Shown one piece after another: positions 38,954-48,388 of a DNA stretch of 64,000 nucleotides. Numbering within the stretch: the stretch's first letter is position 1; every line of letters begins with the position of its first letter. A program made the translations under genes and the position numbers. Below the pieces are notes generated by a model. The model saw only the letters and a program-made list of their open reading frames with translations, searched no databases and was not told the origin of the DNA. The stretch spans positions 756-64,755 of the forward strand of contig CAZXUH010000002.1 in the NCBI GenBank assembly GCA_964644035.1, read 5' to 3'. The stretch comes from an uncultured Candidatus Saccharibacteria bacterium (GTDB taxonomy: Bacteria > Patescibacteriota > Minisyncoccia > Phycocordibacterales > DAORIS01).

Positions 38954-39421
38954 ATGTGCTACAATCGATCTATTATGGTAAGCGAAAGCGTGGAGGAAAC
39001 AAAAGCTATCGCCGAAAAGTTCTTAAAACAGCTTCTGATAGAAGAGCAGAAGGATAGAGCCTATGTCGTAGCCCTATCGGGTGATTTGGGATCGGGTAAG
39101 ACGACCTTTACCCAGGCTATTGCTAGTTTGCTTGGTATCAAGGAGCAAGTTCTTAGTCCGACCTTTGTGCTCGAGAAGATATATAAGATAGAACATCTTC
39201 ACTTTACGCATTTTATACATATCGATGCATATCGACTTGAAGATGAAGGGGAGATTGTGGCGATAGGATTTAATGACATGGTGACGAATAATAAAAATCT
39301 GATCTTCATTGAATGGCCAGAGAAGATAGAAAAAGCTATTCCAAAACCTTACGTAAAAATAACATTTGATCACAAAGACGAAAACAGTCGAGAAATAAGT
39401 TTTGATTATGAAAAAAACTGA
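38954..39421 (+). CDS. tsaE: tRNA threonylcarbamoyladenosine biosynthesis protein TsaE
   Basis: P-loop ...LSGDLGSGKTTFTQ... and ...SPTFVL... are typical of YjeE/TsaE. Confidence 0.8.
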   Translation: MCYNRSIMVSESVEETKAIAEKFLKQLLIEEQKDRAYVVALSGDLGSGKTTFTQAIASLLGIKEQVLSPTFVLEKIYKIEHLHFTHFIHIDAYRLEDEGEIVAIGFNDMVTNNKNLIFIEWPEKIEKAIPKPYVKITFDHKDENSREISFDYEKN

Positions 39422-41822
39422 AGGTAAAAAAGAAACATCAACAAAAAAACGTCTTGTATTGCTCGACTCGCATGCAATTTTGCACCGAGCGTATCATGCA
39501 TTGCCAGATTTTTCTTCGAGCAAGGGCGAACCGACTGGGGGACTCTATGGTCTAGTAACGATGCTTATCAATATTGTCGATCAGCTCAATCCTGATTATG
39601 TTGTAGCGTGTTTTGATTTACCCAAGCCAACATATCGTCACGAAGCATACAAAGACTATAAAGCTGGCAGAGCAAAGACCGACGAAGCGCTTATTGCACA
39701 GATCGTACGATCTCGCGATGTGTTCAAAGCTTTTTCTATTCCTATATATGAAAAAGAAGGTTTTGAAGCCGATGATATGCTTGGAACGATTGCTGAATGT
39801 CTGAAGAAAGATAAGACGATAGATATTGTCATTGCTTCGGGTGATATGGATACGTTGCAGCTTATCGATGATAAAAGAGTCCAGGTCTATACGCTCAAAA
39901 AAGGTATTAAAGATACTATTTTATATGACGAGGATGGTGTAAAGAATCGATTTGGTTTTGGTCCTGAACTTTTGCCGGATTATAAAGGTCTTCGAGGTGA
40001 TCCATCGGACAATATTATAGGTATCAAGGGTATAGGGGAAAAGACTGCTACAGAGCTCATCACAAACTTTGGCTCTATCGAAGAAATATATAAAGCCTTA
40101 AAGAAAAATAAAGAGCAATTCAAGAAAGCAGGCTTTACCGATAGAATTATTACACTTATAGAAGATGGAGAGGAAGAAGCGCTCTTCTCAAAAATGCTGG
40201 CCACAATACGGAGGGATGCGCCTATTGATTTTGAATTACCAGAAAAAACATGGAGAAAAACGATAGATATGCAGCATGTCACGGATTTGTTCAAAGAATT
40301 GGAGTTTAAAACATTGGGAATACGGGTTAAAGAGTTGCTTGGGCTGACTGATGCATTTGGTGACGAGATTTCTTCAGATGAAAAAGCTGGTGAAACCAAG
40401 GAAGAAGAGGTTCCAGTCAATTTTGATCCTATGGTATTGAGAAAAGCTCAAATAGCACTTTGGGTACTCGATTCCAATTTTACCAATCCAACCGCAGAGG
40501 ATGTATCAAATCATACTGGTACAAAAGATCCAGCAAAATCTTTGGAAATGCTTGAGAAGCAAATAGCAGAGAAGAAACTGACACATGTCTATGAAGATAT
40601 TGAGTTGCCACTTATACCTGCACTCGATGCTATGCATGATAAAGGTATAAAAATAGATACTGCATATCTCAATGATTTGTCGAAGAAGTATCATACCGAA
40701 CTTGATTCTTTGGAAAAGAAAATATACAAAGCTGCCGGAGAAGAATTTAATATCAATTCTCCGAAGCAGCTTGGAGTGGTGTTGTTTGAAAAACTTAGTT
40801 TGAAGGCTAAGAATCAGAAGAAGACCGCGGGCGGAGCACTTTCGACGAGGGAATCGGAACTTGAAAAGCTCAAGGACGTGCATCCGATCATTCCTTTTAT
40901 CTTATCTTATAGAGAGCTGCAAAAACTTCTCTCTACGTATATAGATGTCATTCCGACTCTTATAGATGAAAAAGATAAGCGTTTGCATACAACATTTATA
41001 CAAACTGGTTCGACAACTGGTCGCATGGCCTCACACAATCCAAATCTTCAGAACATACCGATAAAGACCGAGCTGGGTCGGGCTATTAGGGGAGCGTTTG
41101 TCACAGAAAAGGGATGTGAGCTTGTAGAGTTTGATTATTCTCAGATCGAATTGCGCGTAGCAGCATTTCTTTCTAAAGATCAGAAGCTTATAGAGATTTT
41201 TAAATCGGGAAGAGATGTACATACAGAAGTTGCCGCACGTGTGTTCAAGGTGCCTTCGGAACAAGTTGACAAGGAAATGCGTCGCAAAGCCAAGGTGATC
41301 AACTTTGGTATTCTCTACGGCATGGGAGTCAATGCACTACGGGCAAATCTTGGAGGAGATCGAGCTGAAGCGCAGCAATTTTACAATGAATACTTTGCAA
41401 CCTTCACAGAATTGGCCGCATATCTACAAGCGGTGAAAGCCGACGTCCAACGCAAGGGTTATACTGAAACCTTTTTCGGTCGACGCAGGTATTTTAAGGG
41501 TATCAATTCTAAACTTCCATTTATAAAAGCCCAGGCTGAGCGTATGGCTATCAATGCTCCTATTCAAGGTACTGAATCTGACCTGATAAAAAAGGCCATG
41601 ATAGAGATCTATAAGAAATTCAAAGATAATAAAGATATTTTCTTACTCTTACAGATTCACGATTCGCTGATATTTGAAATAAAGAAAGAAAAGGTCAAAG
41701 AATATGCTGTTGAAGTGAAGAAAATAATGGAATCGGTCATGTCGCTCAAAGATACTGAAGGTGTACCGATCATTACTGATGCCCACAGCGGTATAAGTTG
41801 GGGTGAAATGAAGAAAATATGA
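39402..41822 (+). CDS. polA: DNA polymerase I (5'-3' exonuclease + polymerase domains)
   Basis: N-terminal 5'-nuclease region (LLDSHAILHRAYHAL...), polymerase motif A ...LVEFDYSQIELR..., and motif C ...LQIHDSLIFE.... 806 aa. Confidence 0.9.
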   Translation: MIMKKTEGKKETSTKKRLVLLDSHAILHRAYHALPDFSSSKGEPTGGLYGLVTMLINIVDQLNPDYVVACFDLPKPTYRHEAYKDYKAGRAKTDEALIAQIVRSRDVFKAFSIPIYEKEGFEADDMLGTIAECLKKDKTIDIVIASGDMDTLQLIDDKRVQVYTLKKGIKDTILYDEDGVKNRFGFGPELLPDYKGLRGDPSDNIIGIKGIGEKTATELITNFGSIEEIYKALKKNKEQFKKAGFTDRIITLIEDGEEEALFSKMLATIRRDAPIDFELPEKTWRKTIDMQHVTDLFKELEFKTLGIRVKELLGLTDAFGDEISSDEKAGETKEEEVPVNFDPMVLRKAQIALWVLDSNFTNPTAEDVSNHTGTKDPAKSLEMLEKQIAEKKLTHVYEDIELPLIPALDAMHDKGIKIDTAYLNDLSKKYHTELDSLEKKIYKAAGEEFNINSPKQLGVVLFEKLSLKAKNQKKTAGGALSTRESELEKLKDVHPIIPFILSYRELQKLLSTYIDVIPTLIDEKDKRLHTTFIQTGSTTGRMASHNPNLQNIPIKTELGRAIRGAFVTEKGCELVEFDYSQIELRVAAFLSKDQKLIEIFKSGRDVHTEVAARVFKVPSEQVDKEMRRKAKVINFGILYGMGVNALRANLGGDRAEAQQFYNEYFATFTELAAYLQAVKADVQRKGYTETFFGRRRYFKGINSKLPFIKAQAERMAINAPIQGTESDLIKKAMIEIYKKFKDNKDIFLLLQIHDSLIFEIKKEKVKEYAVEVKKIMESVMSLKDTEGVPIITDAHSGISWGEMKKI

Positions 41823-42526
41823 TTTACGTTTTTCACGGCACTGATGCATTAAAGCTTCGAAGCAAGGTCAGAGACCTGGTGTCGAGTTTGCTTAAGAAAA
41901 AGCCAGATGCTTTGCACATGCGTGTTACCGAAAGCGAGTGGAACGAGACTATTCTTCCTGAAACAATAGGTTCTCAAGGTCTTTTTTCTGAGAAATTTAT
42001 CGTTCAGCTTGATAATTTGCTTGATACCGATGCTAAAGAAGCAATTGTTGAGTCTTTGGCAGACATAAAATCTTCGCAGAATATTTTTGTATTGGTAGAA
42101 AATGAAATAGATGCTAAGACACTCAAACAACTTGAGAAATATGCTGAAAAGGTGCAGGAATTTGCTTCTGCAGTCGTCGAAGAAAAAGAACCGACACTCT
42201 TTGCTCTAGCCGATGCATTTGGCCGACGTGATAAGAAAATGCTCTGGGTTGAATATCAAAAAGCTCGAGAGAGGGAAGTAGCTTCTGAAGAAATACACGG
42301 TATGCTGTTTTGGCAGCTCAAATCGATGCTTATAGCAGGTAGGACCAATGCTACAGAGTCTGGTCTCAAACCTTTTGTATACAATAAATCAAAACAGTTT
42401 TCTAAAAACTTCAAACCAGAAGAACTACAAAAAATTTCAGGACAATTGGTATCTATGTATCATGATGCGCATAGGGGATTGGTAGATTTTGGGAATGCTT
42501 TGGAAGTATTCACACTAAGTGTTTAG
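41819..42526 (+). CDS. DNA polymerase III delta subunit-like protein (short)
   Basis: The N-terminus MIYVFHGTDALKL... and ...LFSEKFIVQL... resemble HolA. It is shorter than canonical HolA at 235 aa and overlaps the polA stop (ATGA). Confidence 0.35.
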   Translation: MIYVFHGTDALKLRSKVRDLVSSLLKKKPDALHMRVTESEWNETILPETIGSQGLFSEKFIVQLDNLLDTDAKEAIVESLADIKSSQNIFVLVENEIDAKTLKQLEKYAEKVQEFASAVVEEKEPTLFALADAFGRRDKKMLWVEYQKAREREVASEEIHGMLFWQLKSMLIAGRTNATESGLKPFVYNKSKQFSKNFKPEELQKISGQLVSMYHDAHRGLVDFGNALEVFTLSV

Positions 42527-42586
42527 TGTCTGTGTACTTTAGAGTTACCTCTCCTATTTATAGGAGGGGCTAGGGGTGGTATTATA

Positions 42587-42994
42587 TTGGATATGTTAAA
42601 TCCATTCCCGCAATTGCTCGATTTTGCTCTTTTTGCACCACTTATTTTGCGCTTAGCAGCTGGTCTTATCATGATTGGCTTTGGTAAAGAGCATCTTAAG
42701 CGCGAGAGCAATTGGAAATCGTTTTTTGATGTCATTGGCTTGCGCCCAGCGGGATTGTATATCGGTATTATTGGTACACTCGAAATCATTGCTGGTGTAA
42801 TGCTAGTTGCTGGTCTCGGTACACAACTCGCAGCAATCTTTGCGAGCGTGATTGTAGCTGCAGCGACGGTCATTGAGTCTAAAAATGATCGTCTTCTCAA
42901 GCGTGATTTAGTTTTCTATATCCTTCTCTTGTGCGTGTGCTTATCACTTATTCTCTCTGGTGCTGGTATCCCAGCACTCGATTTGCCGCTGTAA
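42587..42994 (+). CDS. DoxX-family membrane protein
   Basis: 135 aa with four hydrophobic helices. ...LILRLAAGLIMIGFGKEHL... follows the DoxX pattern. Confidence 0.55.
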   Translation: MDMLNPFPQLLDFALFAPLILRLAAGLIMIGFGKEHLKRESNWKSFFDVIGLRPAGLYIGIIGTLEIIAGVMLVAGLGTQLAAIFASVIVAAATVIESKNDRLLKRDLVFYILLLCVCLSLILSGAGIPALDLPL

Positions 42995-43058
42995 TATCTG
43001 TACAGGGCTGGTTTTTCTGGTATTATCCATTTCACGGTAAGTTTCATTTACCATATAT

Positions 43059-43131
43059 GCACCCATAGCTCAGTCGGTAGAGCAGCTCCCTTTTAAGGAG
43101 ACGGTCGTAGGTTCGATTCCTACTGGGTGCA
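43059..43131 (+). tRNA. tRNA-Lys (anticodon UUU)
   Basis: I folded a cloverleaf by hand: acceptor GCACCCA/TGGGTGC, anticodon loop CTTTTAA, T-arm GGTTCGATTCC. CCA is not encoded. Confidence 0.85.
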
Positions 43132-43146
43132 CACTTTATAAAAATA

Positions 43147-43182
43147 AAACCGCTAGGCCAAGGGGCGTAGCGGTTTTTGTTG
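43147..43182 (+). terminator. Rho-independent terminator after tRNA-Lys
   Basis: AAACCGCTA...TAGCGGTTT hairpin followed by TTGTTG. Confidence 0.65.
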
Positions 43183-43203
43183 TCGATTTGTGCGAGCAAC
43201 AAT

Positions 43204-43368
43204 TTAGCGGAAAAAGTAAAAAATAAAGCACGTAATAAGTACACCAGCAACGATACCCATACAAAACGCACCGATTACACTCAACCGAGCTTGTCCTTGC
43301 TCGTATTTGACCCACCGGTCTCTTTCTTCGATGATGTCCTGAACACTGCCGATTTGTGGTTTAGTCAT
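43204..43368 (-). CDS. hypothetical 54-aa small membrane protein
   Basis: Translated by hand as MTKPQIGSVQDIIEERDRWVKYEQGQARLSVIGAFCMGIVAGVLITCFIFYFFR. GGAGA lies 5 nt upstream of the ATG. It is below the ORF-track size cutoff. Confidence 0.4.
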   Translation of the reverse strand: MTKPQIGSVQDIIEERDRWVKYEQGQARLSVIGAFCMGIVAGVLITCFIFYFFR

Positions 43369-43379
43369 GACTGTCTCCT

Positions 43380-43637
43380 TTATGTGGTGTTTAAGTCTCG
43401 CTCGTGAGCAATTCGTCGACGACGAATCAGTTCGAGTTCGATTTTCTCCCGCTTTTCCGGAGGAAGAGAATGTGTATACTCTGGATTCGAGTCATAACAT
43501 GGATGGAACTCATCCTTTCGATTCCACAACCCTGACCATCGATGACGTAGGGCATTTGGCAATGAGCGGCAGAGTGTACGGTCAAACCAGTCCCAACACC
43601 AGATGAACGGATGCATGAGATATTTGAGAAATCGCAT
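43380..43637 (-). CDS. hypothetical Trp/Cys-rich small protein
   Basis: 85 aa with an AGGAGA RBS 4 nt upstream. Its GC content is higher than its neighbours. No family recognised. Confidence 0.4.
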   Translation of the reverse strand: MRFLKYLMHPFIWCWDWFDRTLCRSLPNALRHRWSGLWNRKDEFHPCYDSNPEYTHSLPPEKREKIELELIRRRRIAHERDLNTT

Positions 43638-43909
43638 AAGTCTCCTTTTGGTTTAGTTCGAGATAATCCAAAGAATGTTTTCGGTGTTCGGATCAGTTTT
43701 ACGGGCGATGGCCCATAAGATAAAGAAAACCGCGGCAGCGCAAGCCATAAAAAGAATGACTCCTAAAATACCCATCCTTTCACACTTTTCGTCAGATCCG
43801 TTCGGATCGTTCTGTTTATTTTCCACCAAGACTCCTTTGTAAGAACTAGGTTCAAGTTAACGCTACACAATATTGATAAATCAGGCAATACGTGTAGATT
43901 TAGGTTTAT

Positions 43910-44380
43910 ATGATGCTAATCCTTCACGATATTCGCAGTGCGGAAAATGTGGGCTCTATATTTAGAACTTCTGATGCTTCAGGCATAACTAAAATATTTC
44001 TGACTGGGTATACACCAGCTCCACTCGATCGATTTAATAGAGAAAATAAAAAGATTGCTAAAACTGCACTTGGTGCTGAGAAAAGTATTGAATGGGAGAA
44101 AATCTCTGATGTATTTGAAGTAATAAAAAATCTAAAGAAAGAAAAAGTACACATATTGGCACTAGAACAGCATACAAAGTCTGTTGATTATAAAGAAATC
44201 AAAATAGATTTAAAAAATAATACTTTTGCGCTCATTGTTGGCAATGAAGTCGAGGGAATAGATAAAAATATTTTAAAAAAATGTGATCAGATTGTCGAAA
44301 TACCAATGAAAGGGGAGAAAGAGTCGCTCAATGTTGCTGTCGCGACAGGGATAGCGTTGTTTAGAATGCTGGGCGTCTAA
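43910..44380 (+). CDS. SpoU/TrmH-family RNA 2'-O-methyltransferase
   Basis: SPOUT motifs: ...NVGSIFRTSDASG..., ...IVGNEVEGID..., ...EIPMKGEKESLNVAVATGIALF. Confidence 0.8.
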   Translation: MMLILHDIRSAENVGSIFRTSDASGITKIFLTGYTPAPLDRFNRENKKIAKTALGAEKSIEWEKISDVFEVIKNLKKEKVHILALEQHTKSVDYKEIKIDLKNNTFALIVGNEVEGIDKNILKKCDQIVEIPMKGEKESLNVAVATGIALFRMLGV

Positions 44381-44405
44381 CCCCTCACCTCGAAGACAGA
44401 TTTGG

Positions 44406-45317
44406 TTAGTACAATATCTGGTGTGTGTCGCAGAAATGTCCACTGCGGCCACCTATCATTTTCCTCTGGATCGTCCCATTGCAACCCTTCTTAGTACATG
44501 GTTTCCCAGTTCTTCGATATGCATTGTGCCTGTGCTGAAATTTACCCCTCTCGCCATAGATATTGCGATAGTCTGAGTCCGAATCGCCGCCAAAATCAAT
44601 ACCTTTCTTGAGCACTACCTTCATAGCCTTAAAGAGCTTTTTATACTCACTCAAAGGCACTTTTGAAGGTTTGGAGAGCGGACTAATACCAGATTCCCAT
44701 AGCATTTCATCGGAATAGATATTGCCTATACCAGAAATGATATGTTGATCCATTAACACCTGTTTCATGGGTGTTTTTTGTTTTTTCTGCAGCCTTTCGA
44801 TCATTATTTTCTCTGTAAAATCACTTTTGAGCGGATCGGGACCCAAATGCATGAGGTCTTCTATCTTGTGTTCATCTTCAGTATTGAAAATAAATACTTT
44901 TGCGAATTTTCTAAGGTCTGAAAAGACAAGATGGTGTTTGTTGGAAAAAATAAATACCAAATGAATGTATTTATTGTACGGATCGAGCAGGGGACCGTCT
45001 TTTGCAACAGGTTTCCACTCTTTGTTTTTCAAAATATATTTACCATACATCAAATGGCCAGTCATTTTCATGTGAATGAGAACGGTTTTGTGATTGGAAA
45101 GGTGAATAAGAACATTTTTACCTTGTCTCGAAGCATGAGTGACCTTGGTATTTGCTACATCTTTTTTAAAAAGGGCAAAATACTTTGGATTTTTAATATT
45201 GTTTTTGCCGGCATGAAAACTACTGCCATAGTCAGTCCATACATCGTCTATTTTCAACCCTTTTATCTCGGCATTGATGCCGTCGACGGTTGTCTGCACC
45301 TCAGGTAATTCTGGCAT
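44406..45317 (-). CDS. Fpg/Nei-family DNA glycosylase (formamidopyrimidine-DNA glycosylase-like)
   Basis: MPELPEVQT N-terminal catalytic motif, H2TH region, and a C-terminal zinc finger C..C...C..C. Confidence 0.8.
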   Translation of the reverse strand: MPELPEVQTTVDGINAEIKGLKIDDVWTDYGSSFHAGKNNIKNPKYFALFKKDVANTKVTHASRQGKNVLIHLSNHKTVLIHMKMTGHLMYGKYILKNKEWKPVAKDGPLLDPYNKYIHLVFIFSNKHHLVFSDLRKFAKVFIFNTEDEHKIEDLMHLGPDPLKSDFTEKIMIERLQKKQKTPMKQVLMDQHIISGIGNIYSDEMLWESGISPLSKPSKVPLSEYKKLFKAMKVVLKKGIDFGGDSDSDYRNIYGERGKFQHRHNAYRRTGKPCTKKGCNGTIQRKMIGGRSGHFCDTHQILY

Positions 45318-45326
45318 TGTATAAGG

Positions 45327-46595
45327 CTATTTTAGCTTTCCGAGTTCTTCTCTCGCTACATCTGCATCGCTCCAGAGCGTCTTTTTATTGTTCGCTTCCA
45401 TAATATATGGATCGGTACCTTTGCCGGTAATAAGTACGACAGTATTTTCAGGATTGAGGGCGATTTCTGCTTTGAGAAATGCTTTTCTAATAGCAGTTCT
45501 TCTATCCATCTCTACTTCATATGGCCGGCGACTGATTCCTGGTAACATTTCTTCAATAATTGCTCGTGGGTCTTCATCGTACGGATCTTCATTGGTCAAA
45601 ATGATTTCATCGCAGTATGTATCAGCAACTTTTGCCATTTCAGGACGTTTCCATTTATCTCTACCGCCTCCTGTATTGCCCAATATACAGATTTTCCTTC
45701 TACCTTCAAATGCTTGATAGAGTTTGGTGAGGGAATCGGACGTATGAGCGTAGTCGACAATGACTTCGAAGAGTTGTCCGGCCTTTATACTCTGAACACG
45801 GCCTGGAATCTCGGCAACTTTTTCAATACCGGCTTTAATATCTTTGTTTGCAATACCTAGAGCGTGAGCGCAGGTCGCTGCTGCTAAAATATTGTAAATA
45901 TTGAAGCGACCACGGATCTTTGGTCCGATCGACATCTCTTTGAAATGCATTTCAATATTGCCTTCATGGCTGACATTGAAAGGCGCAGCATCTTCTATGG
46001 TAAATGTGTTTCTTTTATCTATTTTGTGATTCAAAAATCTGTCTGCTTCTTTGTCCTCCATATTTACGATCAGAGCCTTGTCTTTCTTGGGGGAGCGTTC
46101 AAGTTCTTTGGCAATAGAGACCTTAGCTGCAACGTATTTTTCATATCCACCATGTGATTCTATATGTTCGGGGGAGAGATTGAGAAATACCAGCGCATTG
46201 AGACCTAGAAACTTATGTCGGTGTTGCTTGGCTGCTTCGGAACTTATTTCGACAATAGCGTGCGTGCAACCGTCTTTGACCGCTTGGCGTAGGAAATGCT
46301 GGAGAAAAAAACGTCCTGGTGTCGTCATTTTGAAAAGATTTCGTATCGTACGGTCACCAGTTTTGAAACGAATCGTATTTACGACAGCAGTTTTAAATCC
46401 TGCTGTTTCAAAAATAGAATTAATAATTTCCGTAGTGCTCGATTTGCCCTTGGTACCTGTTACTCCGATCACTACAAGCTTACGAGCAGGGAAGCGGTAG
46501 ATAATAGCTCCGAGGAGTGCCAAAATATAGTGATAGGTGGGTTGGAAAAAAGTAAATATTTTCTTTGGAATGATTTTTTTGAGGATAGTGAGCAT
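45327..46595 (-). CDS. Mur ligase-family protein (MurE-like UDP-N-acetylmuramoyl-tripeptide ligase; short N-terminus)
   Basis: P-loop VIGVTGTKGKSSTTEI, ...NLSPEHIESHG... (the Mur ligase central-domain motif), and a C-terminal Mur_ligase_C-like region. 422 aa. Confidence 0.6.
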   Translation of the reverse strand: MLTILKKIIPKKIFTFFQPTYHYILALLGAIIYRFPARKLVVIGVTGTKGKSSTTEIINSIFETAGFKTAVVNTIRFKTGDRTIRNLFKMTTPGRFFLQHFLRQAVKDGCTHAIVEISSEAAKQHRHKFLGLNALVFLNLSPEHIESHGGYEKYVAAKVSIAKELERSPKKDKALIVNMEDKEADRFLNHKIDKRNTFTIEDAAPFNVSHEGNIEMHFKEMSIGPKIRGRFNIYNILAAATCAHALGIANKDIKAGIEKVAEIPGRVQSIKAGQLFEVIVDYAHTSDSLTKLYQAFEGRRKICILGNTGGGRDKWKRPEMAKVADTYCDEIILTNEDPYDEDPRAIIEEMLPGISRRPYEVEMDRRTAIRKAFLKAEIALNPENTVVLITGKGTDPYIMEANNKKTLWSDADVAREELGKLK

Positions 46596-46604
46596 GAATA
46601 AATA

Positions 46605-47177
46605 TTATTTTTTACTTAGAAAACCTAACGCACTCTTGATTTGCTTCTCAGCGCTCTCTTTATTGTCGAGTTTCTTCAATACATTCCTAATATCCTGTTC
46701 TCTGTATCCAAGCATGGTTAAGGCATCGATAACATCGTGACCATCTTGGCCAAGAGTCTGTTTTTCTATATCAGCTATACCGTCGATCTTGCCAGAGAGT
46801 TCAAATACAATCTTCTCTGCTGTCTTTTTGCCTATACCTGATATTTTGGTGAGGTATCCTGGATCGCCTGAAACAATGCCTTGTTTGAGAGTTTCAACAC
46901 TAGCTATGTTCATAACACCAAGGCCAGTCTTAGGACCTATACCCGAGACGGTGATAAGGATCTTGAAGAAGGCGAGGTCCTCTTTGTCCAAAAAGCCATA
47001 TAAGTCTTGACTGTCTTCACGGAATGCGTGATGGGTCCAGAGGACAATAGGTTGATCGATCTTGATTTTTTTGAGATTTTCACCAGTAGTCCACACCATA
47101 TACGCAAGTCCTCCACAGTCAATCAACAATGAATCCCCAGTTTTATCCACAAGTTTTCCAGATACTCTTCGAATCAT
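46605..47177 (-). CDS. ruvA: Holliday junction DNA helicase RuvA
   Basis: MIRRVSGKLVDKTGDSLLIDCGGLAYMV..., ...SGIGPKTGLGV..., ...ISGIGKKTAEKIV... (HhH pairs). Confidence 0.85.
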   Translation of the reverse strand: MIRRVSGKLVDKTGDSLLIDCGGLAYMVWTTGENLKKIKIDQPIVLWTHHAFREDSQDLYGFLDKEDLAFFKILITVSGIGPKTGLGVMNIASVETLKQGIVSGDPGYLTKISGIGKKTAEKIVFELSGKIDGIADIEKQTLGQDGHDVIDALTMLGYREQDIRNVLKKLDNKESAEKQIKSALGFLSKK

Positions 47178-47249
47178 GTGCTCATCATAACATCTGTAAT
47201 ACCCTTGAGTATCCTTGTCTTTTTAAAAAACATGATGTAGTATTCGGCC

Positions 47250-47519
47250 ATGCCAATCACATCTTCAGCAAAAAAGGCTCTCCGCGCGTCAAAGCGAAAG
47301 CGCGTATTCAATCTTAACCGAAAGAATACAATGCTTAATGCGATCAAAATGATCAAGAAGCTCGTATCTGATAAAAACGTAAAGGAGGCTGAAAAATATC
47401 TCGTCCTTGCATACAAAGCCATCGACAAGGCTGCAAAGACGAGCTTTATTAAGAAAAACAATGCATCTCGCAAGAAATCTCGTCTTGCAAAGATGGTCGC
47501 CAAGGCTTCGAAGAAATAG
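47250..47519 (+). CDS. rpsT: 30S ribosomal protein S20
   Basis: 89 aa, basic. ...SAKKALRASKRKRVFNLNRK... is typical of S20. Confidence 0.9.
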   Translation: MPITSSAKKALRASKRKRVFNLNRKNTMLNAIKMIKKLVSDKNVKEAEKYLVLAYKAIDKAAKTSFIKKNNASRKKSRLAKMVAKASKK

Positions 47520-47528
47520 ATTAAAAGA

Positions 47529-47564
47529 AAACACCCCGCATTTATGTGCAGGGAGTGTTTTTGA
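47529..47564 (+). terminator. imperfect hairpin + T-run after rpsT
   Basis: ACACCCCGCA...TGCAGGGAGTGT followed by TTTTTG. Confidence 0.5.
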
Positions 47565-47570
47565 TTATAT

Positions 47571-47600
47571 AAAAAAGCCGCCAACTTATGGCGGCTTGTT
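47571..47600. terminator. bidirectional terminator hairpin (serves the minus-strand regulator gene)
   Basis: AAAAAAGCCGCCA-actta-TGGCGGCTT; on the minus strand this is followed by TTTTTT. Confidence 0.6.
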
Positions 47601-47610
47601 CGATGGAAAC

Positions 47611-48042
47611 CTACTTTAAAGTCGTACTGAGTTGCTCGATGATCTGGTCGATGATTGCTTCTGGATTGAGTGTTTCATTGCGATTATGAGTAGGAAGATT
47701 TTCTATTTCTATGAGCCCACGCGCTTGTTCGTTTAGAGTGATTTCAATATACTTTCTCCCTTTGTCCGTAATTTTGATGAGCGTTCCACCATTTGGTGCA
47801 CCAGATTCTCTGGCGATAAGTCCCTGGCTTACAAGCTTTTCTGTTATTTTTTGAACTTGGGATGTACTTATGTGAACCAGATCGGCACAGATAACCTGAG
47901 AAAGAACTCCTTTTTCAGAATAAAAAAGTCGAGCGAGAATAAGAAACTTCCTTTCTTGTGTGAGATCGAGTCTTCGGGTCTGAATTCCTTGAAGCTTTAA
48001 CAGGGTTTCAAGTAAGACAATCTTTTTTGAGAAAGCGGTCAT
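47611..48042 (-). CDS. winged-helix transcriptional regulator (MarR-like)
   Basis: ~144 aa. ...LTQERKFLILARLFYSEKGVLSQVICADLVHISTSQVQKITEKLVSQGLIARE... is an HTH plus wing pattern. The start is taken at MTAFSKK. Confidence 0.5.
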   Translation of the reverse strand: MTAFSKKIVLLETLLKLQGIQTRRLDLTQERKFLILARLFYSEKGVLSQVICADLVHISTSQVQKITEKLVSQGLIARESGAPNGGTLIKITDKGRKYIEITLNEQARGLIEIENLPTHNRNETLNPEAIIDQIIEQLSTTLK

Positions 48043-48133
48043 AGTAATCCTTCTGTTGGTAGGTATATGGATTTGTCCGGAGTAAATACTACATAAGAGG
48101 GTCATAAAGTAAAGGTATTAGTTTTGATTACAT

Positions 48134-48159
48134 AAAAAAGCCACCGAGAGTTCGGTGGC
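48134..48159 (-). terminator. Rho-independent terminator for small gene 48183-48362
   Basis: On the minus strand: GCCACCGA-actc-TCGGTGGC followed by TTTTTT. Confidence 0.6.
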
Positions 48160-48182
48160 GTAAAATACGAGTAGTGATGCTA

Positions 48183-48362
48183 TCAGTTCACTAGAATTCG
48201 TGACAAGCTCGAATTCTCCCTCCATTTTCGCATTGCTTTGCTGTAGTGGGCGATCCTGGTCGGTTTATGATTTCCTTTCTTGATCTTGGTGAGATCAAGA
48301 CGGTAATCAGCGGAACCATTTGGATTGGTTCCAACTTTTACAATTCCGTTAGCGTAAGACAT
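48183..48362 (-). CDS. hypothetical 59-aa basic protein (not in ORF track)
   Basis: Hand translation: MSYANGIVKVGTNPNGSADYRLDLTKIKKGNHKPTRIAHYSKAMRKWRENSSLSRILVN. AAAGGA RBS about 9 nt upstream and its own terminator downstream. Confidence 0.5.
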   Translation of the reverse strand: MSYANGIVKVGTNPNGSADYRLDLTKIKKGNHKPTRIAHYSKAMRKWRENSSLSRILVN

Positions 48363-48388
48363 GAGTTACATCCTTTCGAAAAAAAGAT

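Noticed and set aside
43044-43271. 75-aa minus-strand ORF overlapping tRNA-Lys and its terminator.
   Set aside because: It overlaps a confidently folded tRNA and a terminator hairpin, so it is not plausible as coding.
43512-43520. TTCGATTCC 9-mer matching the tRNA-Lys T-loop ~380 nt downstream of the tRNA, considered as an attR-like repeat.
   Set aside because: Only 9 nt match and the flanks diverge immediately. This is compatible with chance, so it is mentioned only as context for the small-ORF cluster.
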